From: an uncultured Gemmatimonadota bacterium | GTDB lineage: Bacteria; SM23-81; DAOVCL01 | Length of the DNA stretch: 20,985 bases | Direction of reading: 5' to 3' | Assembly: GCA_964626665.1 (NCBI GenBank) | Contig: CAZVGK010000042.1 | Location: 1 to 20,985, forward strand | Part shown: one piece after another, positions 17,723-20,985 of the stretch | How the letters are laid out: the number at the start of each line of letters is the position of its first letter | How positions within the stretch are numbered: position 1 is the stretch's first letter | Position numbers and translations under genes: made by a program | Notes under the pieces: generated by a model | What the model saw: the letters and a program-made list of their open reading frames with translations, nothing else | What the model was told of the DNA's origin: nothing | The model's database searches: none

Positions 17723-18124
17723 AAATTAGTAGATAAGCTCAAATTCGTTTTCCTGTTTGGCCTCCTGTTTATGGCCTGTTCTTCTCACCCCCGTTACCAC
17801 GCTGGGCCAAAGCCGACTCAGGGGTTTCGCCGGGAGGGGATTGCCTCATATTATGGGCCGAAGTTTCATGGTCGGAAGACCTCCTCAGGGGAGGTCTTTG
17901 ATATGAATGCCCTGACCGCGGCCCATAACACCTTGCCCTTTGGCACTTTGGTGAAGGTGACCAATCTAAGCAATGGTCTTTCGGTGATTGTGAGGATCAA
18001 CGACCGGGGACCATTTATGAAGAACAGAATAATTGACCTCTCCTATGAGGCTGCCCGCCGCATAGGTATGCTCGGCCCAGGAACAGCCAAGGTGAGGTTG
18101 GAGATAGTGAAGAAGGGCGAGTAA
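17663..18124 (+). CDS. rlpA: Septal ring lytic transglycosylase RlpA-family lipoprotein (DPBB domain only)
   Basis: [46 protein letters not shown]; lipobox-like FMAC. Start is TTG 17663 (SD GGAGGA) or GTG 17708. Confidence 0.9.
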   Translation: MRKHEGFVKKLLCNSVKFRGKLVDKLKFVFLFGLLFMACSSHPRYHAGPKPTQGFRREGIASYYGPKFHGRKTSSGEVFDMNALTAAHNTLPFGTLVKVTNLSNGLSVIVRINDRGPFMKNRIIDLSYEAARRIGMLGPGTAKVRLEIVKKGE

Positions 18125-18139
18125 CCAACGCATCTAACT

Positions 18140-18256
18140 AAGGTGGCAGAACCCTGTTCTGCCACCTTGCGATAAGTGTCCACCTAAAAAGGAAGTCACC
18201 GGAAAAATCCGGTGACTTCCTTTCCGTCCGTGCTGTCAGGGCTTCTGCCCTGATAG
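18140..18256. terminator. Three hairpins between convergent genes; the middle one is a plausible terminator, best for the minus strand
   Basis: aaggtggcagaac-cct-gttctgccacctt 18140-18168; aaaggaagtcaccgga-aaaa-tccggtgacttccttt 18188-18223; ctgtcagggc-ttct-gccctgatag 18233-18256. Confidence 0.6.
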
Positions 18257-18295
18257 ATCCCCAATCACGAGCTACAAGCACGATCCACGAATTTT

Positions 18296-20140
18296 TTACT
18301 TGAGCAAGATCATCTCCCTCGTCTGCACGAAATCCCCAGCTTGAAGCCTATAAAAGTAAACCCCGCTGGCTACATCTTTTGCGTTCCAGACACATTCGTG
18401 ATAGCCTGCTTCTTGTCCCCCATTGACCAAGGTTTTGATCTCCTGACCAGCAACATTGTAGACAACCAGCCTCACCTGAGCATCTTCAGGAAGAGCGTAT
18501 CTAATCTCTGTCGTGGGGTTGAATGGGTTCGGGTAGTTCTGGGATAAGCCATAGGAAGAAGAAACAGAAACGATAGGTTTGACCGTAGCATCCCCCTTGG
18601 AACGGATGATGACCACGCAATCTGCCCCTTCAATCGGTGTACTGTCGTTCAGTGCTCCTGTAAGCGTTAAAACCACTTCATCACCATCCTGAACATCCCC
18701 CAGTGCAGCCACAATCTCCTGTCTGTAAAACTTAAGAGTCAAGTCATCAAAACCGTCAGCCCCCTCAGTTGTACAACCGCAAAGCTCTCCATCAAAAGGT
18801 GTGCTTACATCTTCAATGGCCGAACGGATAGGAGCCACACCTTCAAGTAGCACTGTGGAAAGGTCAACCGTGGTGACATCAAAATCATCAGTGCCCAGTA
18901 TGGCCACAGGAAGAACACTCTTACGCCTTGGAATGTCTTCATGATGGGACTGAGGGTTTTCCTTCGAGTAACCGCCTTTGATATTCAGAGGATTGGGGCA
19001 CGATTGCGGCTTGATGTCCACGAAGACCGACAACTTACTTAAATTAAACAAGATGCTCACACTGTCAACTTCCATATTGGCTACGGCAAGGTCTATGTCT
19101 GTATCGCCATCAAAATCCCCACCAAATACAGAAAAAGGATGGGTACCCGCAGGATAGGTGCCCCCGGGCTTGAAAGTGCCAGTGCCATCATTTAGAAGTA
19201 TGGTTACACTCTTACCATACCTATTGGCGATGGCGAGATCTAGGTCTGTGTCCCCGTCCAAATCCGCCGCAAACACACGAATAGGTTGATTGGGGACTGA
19301 ATAGACTGAGTCACGGGTAAAGGTGCCGTTGCCATCATTTAACAGGATGCTCACACTGTCGCTTATGTAATTGGTCACGGCGAGGTCTACGTCTGTATCC
19401 CCGTCCAAGTCTACTGCAACCAGAAAATTTGGGTTATTGCCGGCGTGGTAGTCAACCTTTTCCTGAAATGTGCCGTCACCGTTGTTTATAAAGATACTCA
19501 CCAAGTCGCCACTCTGATGATTGGCTACGGCAAGGTCTATATAAGTGTCGCCATTCAGGTCGGCGGCAGACACACCAGCAGGCCCATGGCCAGCGGGGTA
19601 GTTGACCGCTGGCTGAAAAGTGCCGTCGCCGTTGTTTAACAAGATGCTTATACAGTCACCACTGGCATTGGCTACGGCAAGGTCTAAGTCTGTGTCACCG
19701 TCCAGGTCAGCGACAAACAAAAATTTAGGCCCATGGCCAGCGGGGTAGTTGACCGCTGGCTGAAAAGTGCCGTCGCCGTTGTTTAACAAGATGCTTATAC
19801 AGTCACCACTGGCATTGGCTACGGCAAGGTCTAAGTCTGTGTCACCGTCCAGGTCAGCGACAAACAAAAATTTAGGCCCATGGCCAGCGGGGTAGTTGAC
19901 CGCTGGCTGAAAAGTGCCGTCGCCGTTGTTTAACAAGATACTGATATTGTCGCTGTAATTATTGCTTACCGCAAGATCCAAGTCTGTGTCCCCATCCAAG
20001 TCAGCGGCGAAGACAGAAGTGGGGCCATCGCTAGCGGCGTAGTTGACCGGGTCACTAAACAGCGGCTGAGCAAGAGTGTTGATAGGAAGGTATAAAACAG
20101 CGAAGAGCACTACAATACAACCAATCATTCTGGTCTTCAT
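18296..20140 (-). CDS. Secreted FG-GAP/VCBS repeat protein with C-terminal T9SS type-A / FlgD-Ig sorting domain
   Basis: Signal peptide MKTRMIGCIVVLFAVLYLPINTLA; seven ADLDGDxDxDLAV-type repeats; C-terminal LSQNYPNPFNPTT...ASGVYFYRL...MILLK. Start set at ATG 20140 (SD GGAGG). Confidence 0.92.
   Translation of the reverse strand: MKTRMIGCIVVLFAVLYLPINTLAQPLFSDPVNYAASDGPTSVFAADLDGDTDLDLAVSNNYSDNISILLNNGDGTFQPAVNYPAGHGPKFLFVADLDGDTDLDLAVANASGDCISILLNNGDGTFQPAVNYPAGHGPKFLFVADLDGDTDLDLAVANASGDCISILLNNGDGTFQPAVNYPAGHGPAGVSAADLNGDTYIDLAVANHQSGDLVSIFINNGDGTFQEKVDYHAGNNPNFLVAVDLDGDTDVDLAVTNYISDSVSILLNDGNGTFTRDSVYSVPNQPIRVFAADLDGDTDLDLAIANRYGKSVTILLNDGTGTFKPGGTYPAGTHPFSVFGGDFDGDTDIDLAVANMEVDSVSILFNLSKLSVFVDIKPQSCPNPLNIKGGYSKENPQSHHEDIPRRKSVLPVAILGTDDFDVTTVDLSTVLLEGVAPIRSAIEDVSTPFDGELCGCTTEGADGFDDLTLKFYRQEIVAALGDVQDGDEVVLTLTGALNDSTPIEGADCVVIIRSKGDATVKPIVSVSSSYGLSQNYPNPFNPTTEIRYALPEDAQVRLVVYNVAGQEIKTLVNGGQEAGYHECVWNAKDVASGVYFYRLQAGDFVQTREMILLK
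19580..19939. repeat. Perfect in-frame tandem repeat, 147-bp unit, ~2.45 copies
   Basis: aggcccatggccagcggggtag starts at 19580, 19727 and 19874; no mismatches seen. Confidence 0.95.
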
Positions 20141-20293
20141 CTTCAAGAACCTCCGTTTCTTAGAGTTATATTCAGAATCAGCTTCCAACCTCAAAGGTTT
20201 TCTCTTCTCTATCACCCCCTTTCATTTCGATTTCTGTTTGTGCCACCACTACCTCCTTTCTACAGGTTCAATCTGTTTTTCTTCTCAACCAGC

Positions 20294-20447
20294 AAACAAA
20301 AAAGCACAACCGCACTCCCCACTCTCAAGTGAGCACCCGATTGTGCCTTCGACTTACAAACCCTTGGTTCCTTCAGAGCTAAGCTCTTCAGGACAAGCCT
20401 GCACGGTAAGGCGACCCGCACTGATGCTATGGGCCTTGATCAATTGT
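20294..20447 (-). promoter_or_regulatory. Second leader structure ending in an intrinsic terminator (unidentified cis-regulatory RNA candidate)
   Basis: Stem AGGCACAAUCG...CGGUUGUGCUU followed by UUUUGUUU, with inner hairpin CUCACU-UGAG-AGUGGG. Upstream alternative pairing GCAUC/GGUGC. Confidence 0.55.
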
Positions 20448-20524
20448 CTATCGTCCAGATGGTATTCACACCTTGGCTCCTCATCAAATCTTCCTATCCC
20501 CTGGAGCATCCGCGTAGTCTACCA

Positions 20525-20664
20525 AAAACAAAAACCGACCTGCCTTAAATTAATCCTTCGGCAACCCGGCTATCATAAATCAGCACCCTATTTCATCCAA
20601 GTTCTGAATGTGACCCGTAGCTTTGTGTCCCCCAATTGCTCGGGGTTTACCTTTATCAGAATCC
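20525..20664 (-). ncRNA. c-di-GMP-I (GEMM) riboswitch with overlapping intrinsic terminator
   Basis: GAUAAAGGUAAACCCCGA-GCAA-UUGGGGGACACAAAGCUACGGGUC...GAUAGCCGGGUUGCCGAA matches the GEMM consensus (GNRA loop, GU/AC covariation). It is followed by GGCAGGUCGGU-UUUUGUUUUU. Confidence 0.9.
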
Positions 20665-20717
20665 TTAAAAAGCCTTAAAGGTACGGAATCAAAGATGAAC
20701 CTTCTGCTGTTATATCT

Positions 20718-20746
20718 AACATAATAAATCAATTCCCCCTTGTCAA
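20718..20746 (-). promoter_or_regulatory. sigma70-type promoter for the riboswitch leader
   Basis: TTGACA-17 nt-TATGTT about 55 nt upstream of the aptamer. Confidence 0.6.
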
Positions 20747-20814
20747 GCACTTTTTTTGAAAAACAGGAAAAAACAGGAAAAACAGGGACACTTCCCATTT
20801 TTCTGATGCCTCGT

Positions 20815-20906
20815 TCCCTCTTCCTCGGAGGGAGAGAGTAAGATAAGGGGGGAAACTACAAAATCTTCACCCTCTCCTTAGTCCTCCCCCATCAAGGGGG
20901 AGGAAA
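20815..20906. repeat. CCCTC/GGGAG palindromic repeat, copy 2, with a degenerate inverted partner arm
   Basis: 20866-20906 is nearly identical to 5559-5599; it is preceded by tccctcttcctcggagggagagagtaagataagggggg. Confidence 0.8.
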
Positions 20907-20985
20907 CTGTCCGCACCCATTGGGGTCAAACCTTTAACGGATCTTCCAGAGGCGATTTCACCGTAACTCTCTGATAATTAAGAGG

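Noticed and set aside
2300-18290. CRISPR array among the intergenic repeats
   Set aside because: No regularly spaced identical direct repeats with unique spacers, and no cas genes
19580-19939. DGR template/variable repeat pair
   Set aside because: Copies are adjacent, in frame and identical, with no adenine-specific mismatches, and there is no reverse transcriptase in the window
20300-20345. c-di-GMP-II riboswitch suggested by CACUUGA...AGUGC
   Set aside because: The upstream GGAA/UGAA kink-turn elements and the GCAACCG 3' motif are absent
20076-20798. ORFs 20076..20678 (+) and 20580..20798 (-)
   Set aside because: They overlap the riboswitch leader and promoter and have no recognisable protein features

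Overview
Bacterial chromosomal window, probably from an FCB-group-like diderm (inferred from the T9SS/FlgD-type C-terminal sorting domain and the lipoproteins). (1) 1-2290 is a minus-strand integron: three gene cassettes, two clear attC sites, an attI junction, and only the last ~25 codons of a co-oriented intI. (2) 2958-18124 is a plus-strand housekeeping run: dapA-dapB, a lipoprotein, M29 aminopeptidase, WecA/TagO-type transferase, accA, lpdA, mrp, cobB, a nucleotidyltransferase-domain protein, a TPR/TonB-C lipoprotein, pyrK-pyrD and rlpA. (3) 18296-20750 is a minus-strand secreted FG-GAP protein with a ~570-nt leader. The leader carries a c-di-GMP-I riboswitch followed by a second, unrecognised terminator-linked RNA structure. 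Most larger intergenic gaps are filled with gene-less, often nested inverted-repeat modules whose arms have 7-, 9- or 10-nt internal periodicity, and several families recur across the window. All calls were made by eye; no searches were run.
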